Shown here: positions 36,572 to 47,129 of the stretch, in pieces
Layout of the letters: each line of letters starts with the position of its first letter
Numbering within the stretch: the first letter of the stretch is position 1
Source of the DNA: Camelus ferus
Lineage: Eukaryota
DNA length: 64,000 bases
NCBI RefSeq assembly: GCF_009834535.1
Contig: NC_045704.1
Span: forward strand, 62,248,001 to 62,312,000
Reading direction: 5' to 3'
The notes under the pieces: model-generated
Told to the model about the DNA's origin: nothing
The model's input: only the letters and a program-made list of their open reading frames with translations
The model's database searches: none
Program-made: the position numbers and the translations under genes

Positions 36572-38096
36572 GTGGGTGAGGTCGCGCTTGGCCCTTGGCA
36601 TGTTTGCAGCATGGCAGCGTGGGCTGGAGAATGGCAGTCGGCTGCTGCGAGACCTCACCTTCGGGGGTCCTTCCGGGGGCTGGGAGGGGTTTGGGGGCAC
36701 ACACTTGTCACTCAGGGTGTAACAGGCAGGAAAGAAATGGAGGAAGACGGTGGGAAGCTGCCCAACCAAAAGCCTCTGATGCTGAGTATATTGAAACCAA
36801 CACTGAGTTCTAAATGGAAAATTAAAACTTGGAGGAAGCCTTCCGAGCAGCCACAGTGCCAGGCCCAGAATGCTTTCACAAAGCCCCTGGGCCAAGTCAG
36901 TCTTTTTGGAGAAAGCCCCAAGAGGATGAGATCAGAACTTGGCAAGAAATTCTACCCCTGTCCAAGCAGTATGTTCCCTGAGGCTCTAGCCAGATTGTCC
37001 TGCGGAAGTTTTCACTGCGTGGACAGAGCTGGTCAGAGACAGGACCCTCCTCTGGTGAATGTTGGTTCTCCCCATTGCTGGGGAAGAGAATGTGGCTTCA
37101 AGGTGACACGTTCGTCTGGCCGCATCCTGACAGAGACATACTGGATGCAGCCCTGCCCGGGAGTCCCGAGACTTGGGCTCCAATACTGTCCCTTTCTCAC
37201 TTGCCGTATAATCTTGAGCTAGTTATTGCTCTCTCAGCTGCAAAGAAAATGTTCCCTTCAGTGAGACTTACAGACTGCCCCGCCTCCACCAAACTCCGCC
37301 AGTGTAACATCCAGCCATTTATCACCTTGGTGGTCCCCCTCCACCCGCCTGCTTTGTCTCAAATGGGTTGGGACATAGGGGTAGCCAGGCAAGTTTTAAC
37401 CTCATTTTGAGTATCTCAGACCCCAGTCTGCATCTTAGAAAGCCAAGTGATCATTCACTCACTTTAATAGGCTTCAAGCCAGAAAGTCCAGAGAATTGTA
37501 TTAACTTGGAAAATGTACTAATAAAAAAAAAAAAATAAAGCTTTAACCCTTACACTGCATGGCCCCTCAGCTTTAAAGCAGAGTCACCTTAAAAATAGTA
37601 ATCCCTTTCTCTTCCCCGTGTTCTGCGACATGGAAAAGGTGTGGGCAGCAAACCCAGAGGACCTGCTGGCTCTTTTTCTTTCTCTGGGTGGACAAGCCTG
37701 TTTCCACCTGTTTCCAGCAGTGCCAGGTGTCTCAAGAGAGACAGCTGAGGGCAGTGGACACAGGGGATCCTGTGGGAGAGAGGCCTCTGGGGGTCCAGGC
37801 TTATAGAACTGCCTCCCCAGGTAGGCATGTGCTGGGTGACGTTCCTGCCTGTGGCCAGTGAGGCCAGCATGGAGGAGTAAGGCCCAGACAGAAAGCTGCT
37901 GTTCGTCTGAGGCCTCATGCTTCTGTCTAGTGGTTGCCTTGATTTGACCACAGCTGTGGATCTTTAATGAGCGAGGCCAGTCCCTCAGCTCCTGGGCCCT
38001 CCTCCCCCAGGGGAGCCTCTGCCCCTTCTTTTCCGGAAGGCCCTCTCTGCAGGGTGTGGGTGAGGTACCGCAGCCAGCCTCCACCTACACAGGAGG

Positions 38097-38110
38097 CCGC
38101 TAGGGGGCAG
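38097..38110 (+). promoter_or_regulatory. CTCF consensus motif CCGCTAGGGGGCAG
   Basis: Matches the CTCF core consensus CC(A/G)C(C/T)AG(A/G)(G/T)GGC(A/G); motif only, binding not shown. Confidence 0.6.
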
Positions 38111-39506
38111 AGGCAGCGTCGAGCACCTCAGCGACTGCGCAGCAGATTCAAACTAGGGAGGGGCACGGCCCCTCCCCCCCTTTTAAACCTTTGGAGATAC
38201 TTAAGAATACGATAAGTATACTAAATGTTCAGGATGGCATGAGAAAGGGGCAAGGAATGGGAGCTAAGAGGCCTGTGACGGGCTGCGGGGCCGCAGACAA
38301 CTCACCGCCCCACCAGGTCTTCAGTCACCTGGTTGGTAAACGAGGGGGTGGGCTCCTCCCATCTCTGCACTTCTAGGAAACTGACCCTAAATGACAGACA
38401 AGGGGTGGCAGGTGAGCCCGCATCTTGCATCGCTTTTCTAATCTTGAAGCTGCAATACCTCATCACCCTGATCGGGCTAGCCTGTACCACGCAAACTGGA
38501 GTCACCCATCGGCAGCGGCTGGAGTTGGAGGTGGGGTGCAGAGTAGCACGGAGGGGCCAGACTTGGCCCAGCATCGCTCTCCGTGATAAATACAACCTAA
38601 TTCAGCAAAATAATTGATTCCAAGGCCTGTTTCTTTGAGAACTCCAACTCACTAGTCCAGACTACAAAAGGAAGATGAAGTAGAATCAAGCCCTGGAAAA
38701 TGAATATTTGATGAGACAGAAAAGGGAAAGTAACAGCATATGGAAAACGAAAAGAGAATAAATTGATTCATATCCTTTGGGTTTACTTTTTTCTCGACCT
38801 TGCACACAAGTTCCTGAGACTGCCCCTCCCCCACTCCGTATCCTTCCATTTTCTGCTCAGCTGATGGCATTTCTCTGTATGAAGAAGCTGAAAATGACAT
38901 TCATCTGGGCAACTTAGCGTTTCATCAGTACAAATTCGTAAAAATTTGTGCCTACACTTTTTAGCAACCACAGTTTAAGCACCTTTATAAAAATGCATCT
39001 AAAAACCCACCAGGCTAATAATAAGTAACCCCTCTTTGTGTTCATGTGGTGCCTCGTACTTGAATATTTACCATCTCAGTCGTCCTTAGAGCTCACATCC
39101 TGCCTTCTTTTTGGTACTGTTCTGAACGTTGAGCAAGAGCTTTGCTCCGGGAATTTGTTTCCCCTATTTGTATGAGACATAAGGAAATCTCTTCTCCTGC
39201 TCCCGGGAAGAGAAACAGCATCGAATCTATAACACACTGCATTTATATTGTACCTTTTTAGAGGAGTTTCAAGTGCTGTAATCATTTCTTTTTTATTAAT
39301 GAGAACAGAAAACCCCATACTTGCTCGCTTGTTTGGGGTTTTACAATCAGGTTGAGAGAACAAATTAACTGAAAAGGTATTTTTCCCTGCTGGGATTTTT
39401 TTCATGAATAAAAATTGATTAAGCCATAGTGAGCATCCTTCCCCGGTAGCAGCCGTGGCCCCTTCCCTCTCAGCACTCCTGCTCAGTGCTGCATGTCGTG
39501 GCTGTC

Positions 39507-39508
<2 letters not shown>

Positions 39509-39550
<42 letters not shown>
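39509..39550 (+). repeat. (CA)21 microsatellite in the intron before the GNPRL exon
   Basis: Perfect dinucleotide run, read directly. Confidence 0.98.
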
Positions 39551-39553
<3 letters not shown>

Positions 39554-40215
39554 CCCAGGTTGACCAGCGATCTTCTCCAAGGCATTTTATTATGAAGGGC
39601 CAAATTCAGAAAATCTGCCATAGATTTTAGATCTCTGTTGGAAAATGACCCATTTCAGAACAATAAAAGATCTCAATGGAACACAGCCACCCCAGAACAA
39701 TCATCTTCCTTGGTGTGCTGGAGACCAATTCTCTGCTATTTCAGAGCCTCCATGATAAGCCTGCAGGAGTCATTCACCTTCCCACTGTCCACAAACCCCA
39801 TCTCCTCCCTTTGTGTATCTTCATAGGGAAAATCAGGGGCTAGCAGGGGAGCCAGCGTGCCTTCCTCATTTGTCCTGGATAAACAATTATGCTCTATGTG
39901 ACTTCTTTTTGAGCCATTATGTAAAGAAAAAAGAGGGGGCTCTGTGTAGCCATTTCGTTTTTTCTCCTCTGAATTGGCCTATCAGTCAAGCCTGTTTAAG
40001 TGGCATGCTTACCCAGGGGAGAAGCCAATCATTACAATGTACCTTTCACTGACGTTAAAGGTTGTAAGAGAAAAAGTTGAACTTCGAAAATAAAGATCTG
40101 TTAAATGAAAGCATTAGTAATCACCTTATGTCACCTTCTGGTTAAGCAACACTTGAGTCAGAAGTCACAGTGGGCTCAACAACCAGGCATTTATTTATCT
40201 AAAATATTTCACCAG

Positions 40216-40233
40216 GGAAACCCTCGGTTGTGA
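40216..40233 (+). CDS. SYT6: SYT6 stop-containing exon, coding part GNPRL* (whole exon 40216-40284; ~exon 7)
   Basis: caccag|GGA AAC CCT CGG TTG TGA is in phase 0 after ...SFKE and reproduces the recalled SYT6 C-terminus SFKEGNPRL. Consensus donor gga|gtaagt at 40285. Confidence 0.93.
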   Translation, partial: GNPRL

Positions 40234-40384
40234 TTTCATTCACGTGGATGCTGCAAGCAGAGAGACTGCCACCCGGAGTTAGGAGTAAGTACCTGGTATG
40301 GACCCAAAGAGCTTAGGTTTCTGACTCCACTGTGTGCTTCCTCCTTCCCCTGGTGTGGCCAGGTGTGAAGGTGGCAGCAGGACA

Positions 40385-40530
40385 GAGTGGAGGAAGCACT
40401 GAGCATGGAGTTAGGAGACTTGGTTTGAGATCCTAACTCTGCTCCTAGCTAGCTGTGCGTTGACTTCTCTGCATCTTTGTTTTCCAATCTGCAAGAACAA
40501 GAGCTAGCCTGGATGATGCCCAGGGCTGCC
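40385..40530 (+). mobile_element. MIR SINE, 100 bp downstream of the GNPRL exon
   Basis: ggagttaggagacttggtttgagatcctaactctgctcctagctagctgtgcg. Confidence 0.7.
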
Positions 40531-40935
40531 TCTGGGTCTCCGTTTTAAGACTGCACAGGCCTAGGTCATGTGATGGTGGTCATCACTACCTGATTGTCCA
40601 GCCTTTGCTTGGCTGTAAAGATCTGCGGGTTGGCCTGTTCAGGGGGTACTAATGTACCATGAAGAACTGAGCCTGGGGAGGGGTAATAGAGGCTTTCCTT
40701 AGATCCGGGAAGGTGAAGGCAATCAGTAGGTCTGGGTCTCTCCTCGGCGTTGTGGGTTCCCATAGGCTGGATGGGATGGTCTAACCCTTAAATGGCTTGG
40801 CTCTGTCTAGAAAAGGCTGTGTTGCGGGGGAGGAGGAGGGAGAGACCTGTGCCCCCCCCTACCCTGTATATGCCCAAATGCGTAGTAGGCTTCTCCTCAG
40901 CCCCATCACCCCCCATGGAGACCCTGAAAGCCCAC

Positions 40936-41013
40936 GAGAAATAGAAAGGCCTGTACTTCAGGGTCAGAAAGGCCGAGAAATAGAAAGGCCTGTACTTCAG
41001 GGTCAGAAAGGCC
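40936..41013 (+). repeat. Perfect 39-bp tandem duplication (2 copies)
   Basis: gagaaatagaaaggcctgtacttcagggtcagaaaggcc at 40936-40974 and 40975-41013. Confidence 0.97.
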
Positions 41014-41913
41014 ATCTTATCTCTCTACTTAACTTCTCTCCCCGGAGCCATGTCCTGCAGGCACCTAGGGGCATACTGTCTCCTCTGCTCACAGAAAGGG
41101 TAGAGTGAGCAGTGGACACTGACTCGCTTTGAAGTTACACAGCCCCTAGACAGGTCAGAAATTTTCACAGGGTCAGATCGTTGCCCAGAAAACACTGCTC
41201 CAGCTATGCCTTTCAACCTAAAGAAGGGTCATCCATCCTCTGCCCTCTCCTCATCCCATTACGCCTCATTACATCACCATCTTCACTGAGGGGTTAGAGT
41301 CAGCCTGGGGGAAGCAGCCTGTGAGACAGGAGAGTGAGGAGAAAAAGGGTGGAGACATCCCATGGGGATGGCAGGGGGGTTTCCATCTCCTTGCACCTCC
41401 CACCCCTTCACAAGTTGGGTGTGAAGACCTCAAGAAGCACTGAGACTGAAGAAGAGAGCCCAACACCGAAGCAATATCGGGGTTTTAGCTGTACTAACAG
41501 CTCCCAGACAAATTGCTAATAATTCATGATCGCAGGTTCTTGGCAGTCAGGGCATACTCTGCAGACGGCCTCTTTTGCTGTTAACATCCTCTGATTTTCA
41601 GTGTGAAAAATGGCTGAAGCACTCAGAAATGGTCCAGCCAGAGCACCTGATTAACACGCACGCACGCATGCACTCCACACGTGCAAGAAAGCTTCCCTTA
41701 TCTCTGCAGTAGGTCTTTTTTAAAAATCAGGTCTTCCAAACCAGAAGCTCAGAAGCTGTTTTCCTTTTGTTTTTGCATGGCTAACAGCAAAATTCAAGAA
41801 AGCTTATGAAAAGCCGGGAAAGGGTGAACTCAGTGCATGGGCCGGATGAGTCTGGAGAGTTGAAATGTCCGGTCCCTTGGCAATGGATAAGCAGCTTTTT
41901 CTCCTCTCCGCAG

Positions 41914-41985
41914 TGGCAGGGCCAGGCGGCCAGCTTCGACAGCGAGAGCTCGTGCCCGTCTCCGAAACCACCTCCGACACCGTGA
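41914..41985 (+). CDS. SYT6: SYT6 terminal exon, alternative coding C-terminus WQGQAASFDSESSCPSPKPPPTP* (UTR when the GNPRL exon is included)
   Basis: Strong acceptor ctttttctcctctccgcag| with a phase-0 reading of 23 aa then TGA. Matches the recalled alternative Syt6 tail WQGRAASFDSESSCPSPKPPPTP and resembles the SYT10 tail. Confidence 0.88.
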   Translation, partial: WQGQAASFDSESSCPSPKPPPTP

Positions 41986-43494
41986 GCTGCACGGCCGGGC
42001 GACACAAACCAGACTCAGCAGTGCTCTTTTTGCACTTGTTCAACGTCTAAACACAGTGTTGTGCGGCGGCGGGGGCAGCACGCCTCTCACTCCAGAAACT
42101 TAGCTGCCCCTGTGTAGGTCAAGGCCAAGACACTTGTCCTGTGGTCCGAGCTGTCTTAGTCTTTTCTGTCTCCCAAGGTGATGTTTTTTGTGGTCTTTTC
42201 ACTTTTTATGGATCTGCTGTCAAGAAGAAGAAGAAAAAAAAAAAAAAGTAGAGAAAGACAAAGGGGAAGAGCCCAGACACTGGGTTCTATTAAATACAAT
42301 GTAAAATAGTCTTTTGGGGGGAGGTGGTTTGAGTTTCTGAAATTTTGTGTCTCCACCGAGCCCCTCTACCCCCAAGCAGAAGGGAGTGGGACGGAGCTAC
42401 AGCTGCTTTTCCTAGGAGCCAGTGGGGAAGGCGCAGGTCTAGTGAAGAGCTTTTACAAAGGCTACTTGTGACTCAGAAGTTCTTTGCTGATGTGCTATAA
42501 ACTGAGATGCTGACTCCCGGTCCCGTGTTGAAACCATGAGGCTCCGAGGTGTCTCTTAACCTTCAGCTGGTCGTGCAGGGCTCCGGGCTCCCCTTCCTCT
42601 CAGACTTTCCCCCTGAATTGACCATATCTCGATTCCTCACGGAAACTGAGTTACTTTCTTTAGGAATGATTCTACTGACACGAAACATGCCGTATATTTT
42701 CTGACACACCATGGTTAATGACCACGTTTGTTTGAAAACAGGATATTTGTTCTTGAAAATAACCTTCATTGTGAGAAAGAAAAAAAAAAAAAAAAGAGGA
42801 CGCACATATGTTCCAGAATGATTTCTGCATTATATATAGCTTTATAATTCCATGAAGTATCAAGCAAGCTGTTTAAAATGCCTGAACAGATCAAAAAGAA
42901 AAACCTGCATAAAATGTTCTTTTCTGAATGGAGAGTTTTGAAATCCCAAGTGATGGGCGGAGTCTATCTTTCTAGGAAGAGTATCTTCCTGATTGAAACC
43001 AAGTCAGCTTAAGTCTATTTCAGCCCCCTTGACTCTGGGATAATGTTCATCTTAAACTTTATTTCTATAAATTACTAAGTACTTAAGTGTTTGTTTCAGT
43101 GGTAGTGAAGAAGTTTGTTTGTTTTTTGTTCTTTTCCCTTTAGATCTCTACCATAGGCCAAATTCAGATTAGGAAAAAAGAATGTTTGAACTATTCTGTG
43201 TTGTAATCGTACGTTTCTGTTAAGAGTGGCCTTCCCACCAACCCCTTGTAAGTAGGTTGATTTGCCCCATCTCAGTCTGTACAGCCCTAGGAGTAGATGC
43301 GTGGGGGTGGGTTCTCACTTCAGTTTGTGGCTGTGAAATGCCAGTTTCCAGAGCCGTGTGTGTGACTTGCAAGAGGCAAGTCTGCTGAAGAACTGCTTCT
43401 CTCAACAATGGAGGCCCAAGAACATAAAACCGTTCACACACCTTGTGTCTTACTCTTTCCTTACTTACTCTTTATTCTTCAAGAGCAGCAATTC

Positions 43495-43500
43495 AATAAA
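43495..43500 (+). terminator. SYT6: Possible proximal poly(A) signal in the SYT6 3' UTR
   Basis: AATAAA hexamer; motif only. Confidence 0.3.
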
Positions 43501-44385
43501 GTAACCCTCGTTTTAAGCCAAGTTATCAGGTTTCTGTGCTGATATAACTTTGGGTAGTGTCTACTGGTCCTAAAAATGACCAGATTGGGCAGGAGGTAAC
43601 AGGATATTGTGACAAAAGAGGTTTTCTGCTTTAAAGAAAGTAAATGTAGATAAACCCAGACCCCTGTACTGAGCCTTAGGCTAGGAGCTAATGTGTCATT
43701 GGTATAAAGATAAAGTTTTCTCCCCAAATGTCCTGTGATTGATCAGCCTTCCCAGCCAAGTGGTCCTGCAGCTGGATGTTCTCTTGAGAGTAGGAAAAAA
43801 CCCAAGGTCATGACAAGACTTCCAACAGGCCAGGAACTTCATTTTGTTTCTTGACACTAGAATGACCCCAGTGGCCATCTCAATCATTGGGTAGCTGTTG
43901 TGGGTCCTACAACCATGAAGGGGACAACTGAGTTTCCTGGGTCATAAGGAGCCTACAAATTAGATTGAGGGGGTCCTTCCAAAAGTGAGCTTAAAATGCA
44001 TGTCCAGCCGTCATCTTCAAACCTGTAGACAGATAAGGACAATCACTCTGACCTTTTAGAGAAGGGAATGTGATCAGCGAGAATCATGGAAGTTACTGCT
44101 CTTAGACATTCCTCTTATGTCCAAGCAGCCATCTCACTCAGGTGAGGCTCCCGGTGGCTTTGGAAAGTCATTTCCTGAGCAGATTACGGTCAGCCTCCAC
44201 ACCACCCTGACCCACTGCTTCCACTGCCGCTACAGCAGTCTTGGTAAATGTCTTCAGGCTCTCAGCTCCTGGGGCCCCATCCCCAGTACCCTCAGGGGAG
44301 ACTAGTCCTCAACCCAAAGCATGAATGGAACCTGAATTTCTGCCAGCTTCATTATGTACCCCAATCTCTCCCTGGCACAGATGAG

Positions 44386-44414
44386 AATAAAATGATTACA
44401 AGTTGCAGAATAAA
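44386..44414 (+). terminator. SYT6: Tandem canonical poly(A) signals (AATAAA 44386-44391 and 44409-44414)
   Basis: Two hexamers 23 nt apart, followed by a U/GU-containing stretch (gttgattcatttgtc). Confidence 0.6.
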
Positions 44415-45477
44415 ATGAAATACAAGGTTGATTCATTTGTCAGCTTCCTCTGCCATGAGAAACCTCTTTCTCAGGTTGGTGATGTGAGCTTTGCTGAAGT
44501 CATGATAACCAAGGTCTTTTGCACGTAGATTTTTTTTTTAAATGCAAAGTCCCCTTCTCCTTTATTTAGCAGCATTTCTAGGCTGAAGAATGTCTCTCTC
44601 CTCCTCCCTCCTCCCCATACTCAGGATGTTAATTAATTGCATCATCATTTAAAAAATTATGTTGTTAATTACTGCTTCGTGTCTTCCGGCCCCTGTCACA
44701 GCCTGGAGTTTTTATTCAATTAAATCTCTGTCTCTTGCCCATTTCTCTTGTCATTGTAAATGTTCCTGAGGTTTAGCAGTCTGCATACACATACACAGGA
44801 CACTACAAAGCTTTTTTTAAATCTTTTTTTCACATAGATAACCACTTCCTTTCAATCAGAAGTACAGCAGAAGGGCTTGTTTGTTTTTTGTTCTGCCCAA
44901 GGAATACCTGTGTGCCCTGGAGAGCTGGGATCTACCTGTGTTTTGTCAGGCTTGTAGCTCACAGAGCATTTGATACACGGGGCTCTGCTGTTTCCTCAGC
45001 TGTTCAGCTCAACAAGCAGCCCCTCCAGATGCCAAAGGCTCTCTAGGGAAATGGGTCACACACTTATATGTGGAAAGTGAGATGCTTTTGCCTACCAGGA
45101 GCAGAATCCTGCTAACTCTCGTAAAACATACTTGATGAGAAAATCCTATTGCAGGCTCAAAAATTTTAAGAGAACATTCTAACTTAATAGAATATCCTCT
45201 CTGCTCACCCCCAGCTTTTAATTAATTTAGAAGGCAGCCCCTAGAGGGGAGAGTGGGAGATACCATCCCTTCTTGCACATCTGCATCTAAATTACTGGCA
45301 CTCCCCAGTGAGCCGCCACCGCCACTGCCACCAAGGAAGCTGAACTGCTGAGAGAAGCACTTGCTGCCCGAAGATGCAGCTTCCCCTGGCTTCTGCCTTC
45401 CCATCAGGTCACCCATCAGCCACCAGGATCTGGTGATGTGCTAGTCACATCTAGACCAGATCAACCGGGCTGAATAC

Positions 45478-45850
45478 ATCTGGCTAGCTGGGCTGGGTTA
45501 TGCAGCAGTAACAACCTTCAGATGTTAGTGGCTGAAAACAACAAAGGCTTATTTCTCACTCACACTAGACCTTCATCGCGGGTCAGCAAGAGGGGGGCTC
45601 CGCTCCTCTGACTGATTCAGGGGAACTCAGGATATGAGAGCAGCCAACATCTCAGATGTTGCTGATGGCCACACCCAAGGGTAAGGAGCACTGGGAAGGG
45701 TCGCATCCCGGTCAATGCTCTGGCCAGAAGGAACATATGTCACTTTCCTTCACAGTCCATTGCCTAGAACTACTCCTGTGGCCTCCAAAACATAAGAGGT
45801 TCAGTGTTCAGAGGAAGAAGAACTAGGAATGTTTGGTCATCAGCACTTGG
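45478..45850 (-). mobile_element. MaLR solo LTR (MLT1K/L-like)
   Basis: gggttatgcagcagtaacaacc...gtggctgaaaacaacaaaggcttatttctcactcac and catatgtcactttccttcacagtccattgcctagaac. Confidence 0.7.
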
Positions 45851-46873
45851 GAAGACCCCGGTGAACTTAACAAACCCATGAAGGGTGACAGCTCCCGAAG
45901 GGCTGATTCAGAGAAACTAACAAAGGGAAACTAGTGTGTTCATTGTTGAGTGAAATCAAGGACTGTGCATTGAGCCACGTGGCTATACATGGGGCCATAC
46001 TACTGTGCTAGCCTCAGGCTTGAATCTTGCCCACAAAAAGCTTGTTAGTCTAGAAAGCTGGCAGCTTAAGTCATGATAGTCTAAGGTAGAAAATGGTAAG
46101 TGCAGAAAGGGAGGTGAGATAAAAGGCTACCGGAGTCCAGGAAAGAATGTCATTGCTCTGCAGGTGGAGCGTTAGCTTCAAGGAAGAAGGGGCAACTGGT
46201 CTAGACTTTTGAAGGATGGGTGGGATTGGAGGATGTGGAAGTTGTGAGGTGTATGCACGTCCCAGGCTAAGTGCTCCATACAGGTGAAGACCCAGAGCCG
46301 AGGAATTCCCAGGGCTGCTAAGCACCCTACATCCCGGGGAGACAAGGAGCCCCCTGAGCAACACAGCCCCCTTGCTTGCACTGGTCAGCCCAGGCAGAGT
46401 GCTGGCTTTCTGCCCAAGGAGTGCATCTTGCCCCTTCCCTGGGCCCTGCCTAGTTCTTGCCAGCTGCCTCCCCTGGAAAACAGACCTGCTGCCCCTGCCC
46501 CCTCCATTGCAGGTTTGGCTTCTGCTCCCAAAAGGGCTGATCACTTGGAACCACAAGACTTATTTGAACGTGAGACTCAGTTTAGCTGCCACACCTCATC
46601 CACTGACCCAGCCTCACCTCCTTGGGCTATTTCTCAGCCACAAGACCCTCAGAACTTCATGATTTGTCCTGTGTCCTGCTCTGCTCCTCTTCCCAGTGAA
46701 CTCTACCCAGATGCTCGATTTTCTAGTACAGGGAACAGGACTGGTGTCTCCCTGGCTTTCCTCTGGCTGATTCACAGCTGCACTTCTGGCATGGCTGTGG
46801 CAAGCCCACAGGGAGAGACTGGAGGCAAAGAGGCAGTTGCAGCGGTCTACTTAAGAATGAACCAAGGGCAGCA

Positions 46874-47010
46874 GGGGAGGGTATAGCTTAGTGGGAGAGC
46901 ATGTGCTTAGCATGCTGAAGGTCCTGGGTTCAATCCCCAGTACCTCCATTTAAAAAATTAATTTAATAAATAAACTTAATTACCTACCCCACCAAAAGCT
47001 TTAAAAAAGT
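46874..47010 (+). mobile_element. Camelid tRNA-derived SINE (Vic-1-like)
   Basis: ggggagggtatagcttagtgggagagcatgtgcttagcatgctgaaggtcctgggttcaatccccagtacctcc with Pol III A/B boxes and an A-rich tail. Confidence 0.85.
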
Positions 47011-47129
47011 AATTTAAGGTTCAACTTAAAAGATAAAAAAAAATTTAAGAAATATTAAAAAACTGAAGAGTGGATCGAGGTCTGAGCTAGCATAGGCAGT
47101 GCACAGGCAAACACAGGCAAACAAGGACA

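Larger units (their letters stand above)
41986..44435 (+). other. SYT6: SYT6 3' UTR (about 2.4-2.5 kb, end approximate)
   Basis: Continuous, largely repeat-free, U/A-rich sequence after the terminal exon stop, ending at tandem AATAAA hexamers. The exact cleavage site is inferred. Confidence 0.65.

Noticed and set aside
42234-42795. A-runs in the 3' UTR (about 42234-42247 and 42779-42795) as transcript ends
   Set aside because: Genomic homopolymers without an adjacent canonical hexamer; would cause oligo-dT internal priming rather than true cleavage.
46874-46950. tRNA-like sequence with A/B boxes (also at 47850-47926 and 60150-60223)
   Set aside because: These are SINE heads with A-rich tails (one with a clear TSD) and no intact cloverleaf; not tRNA genes.
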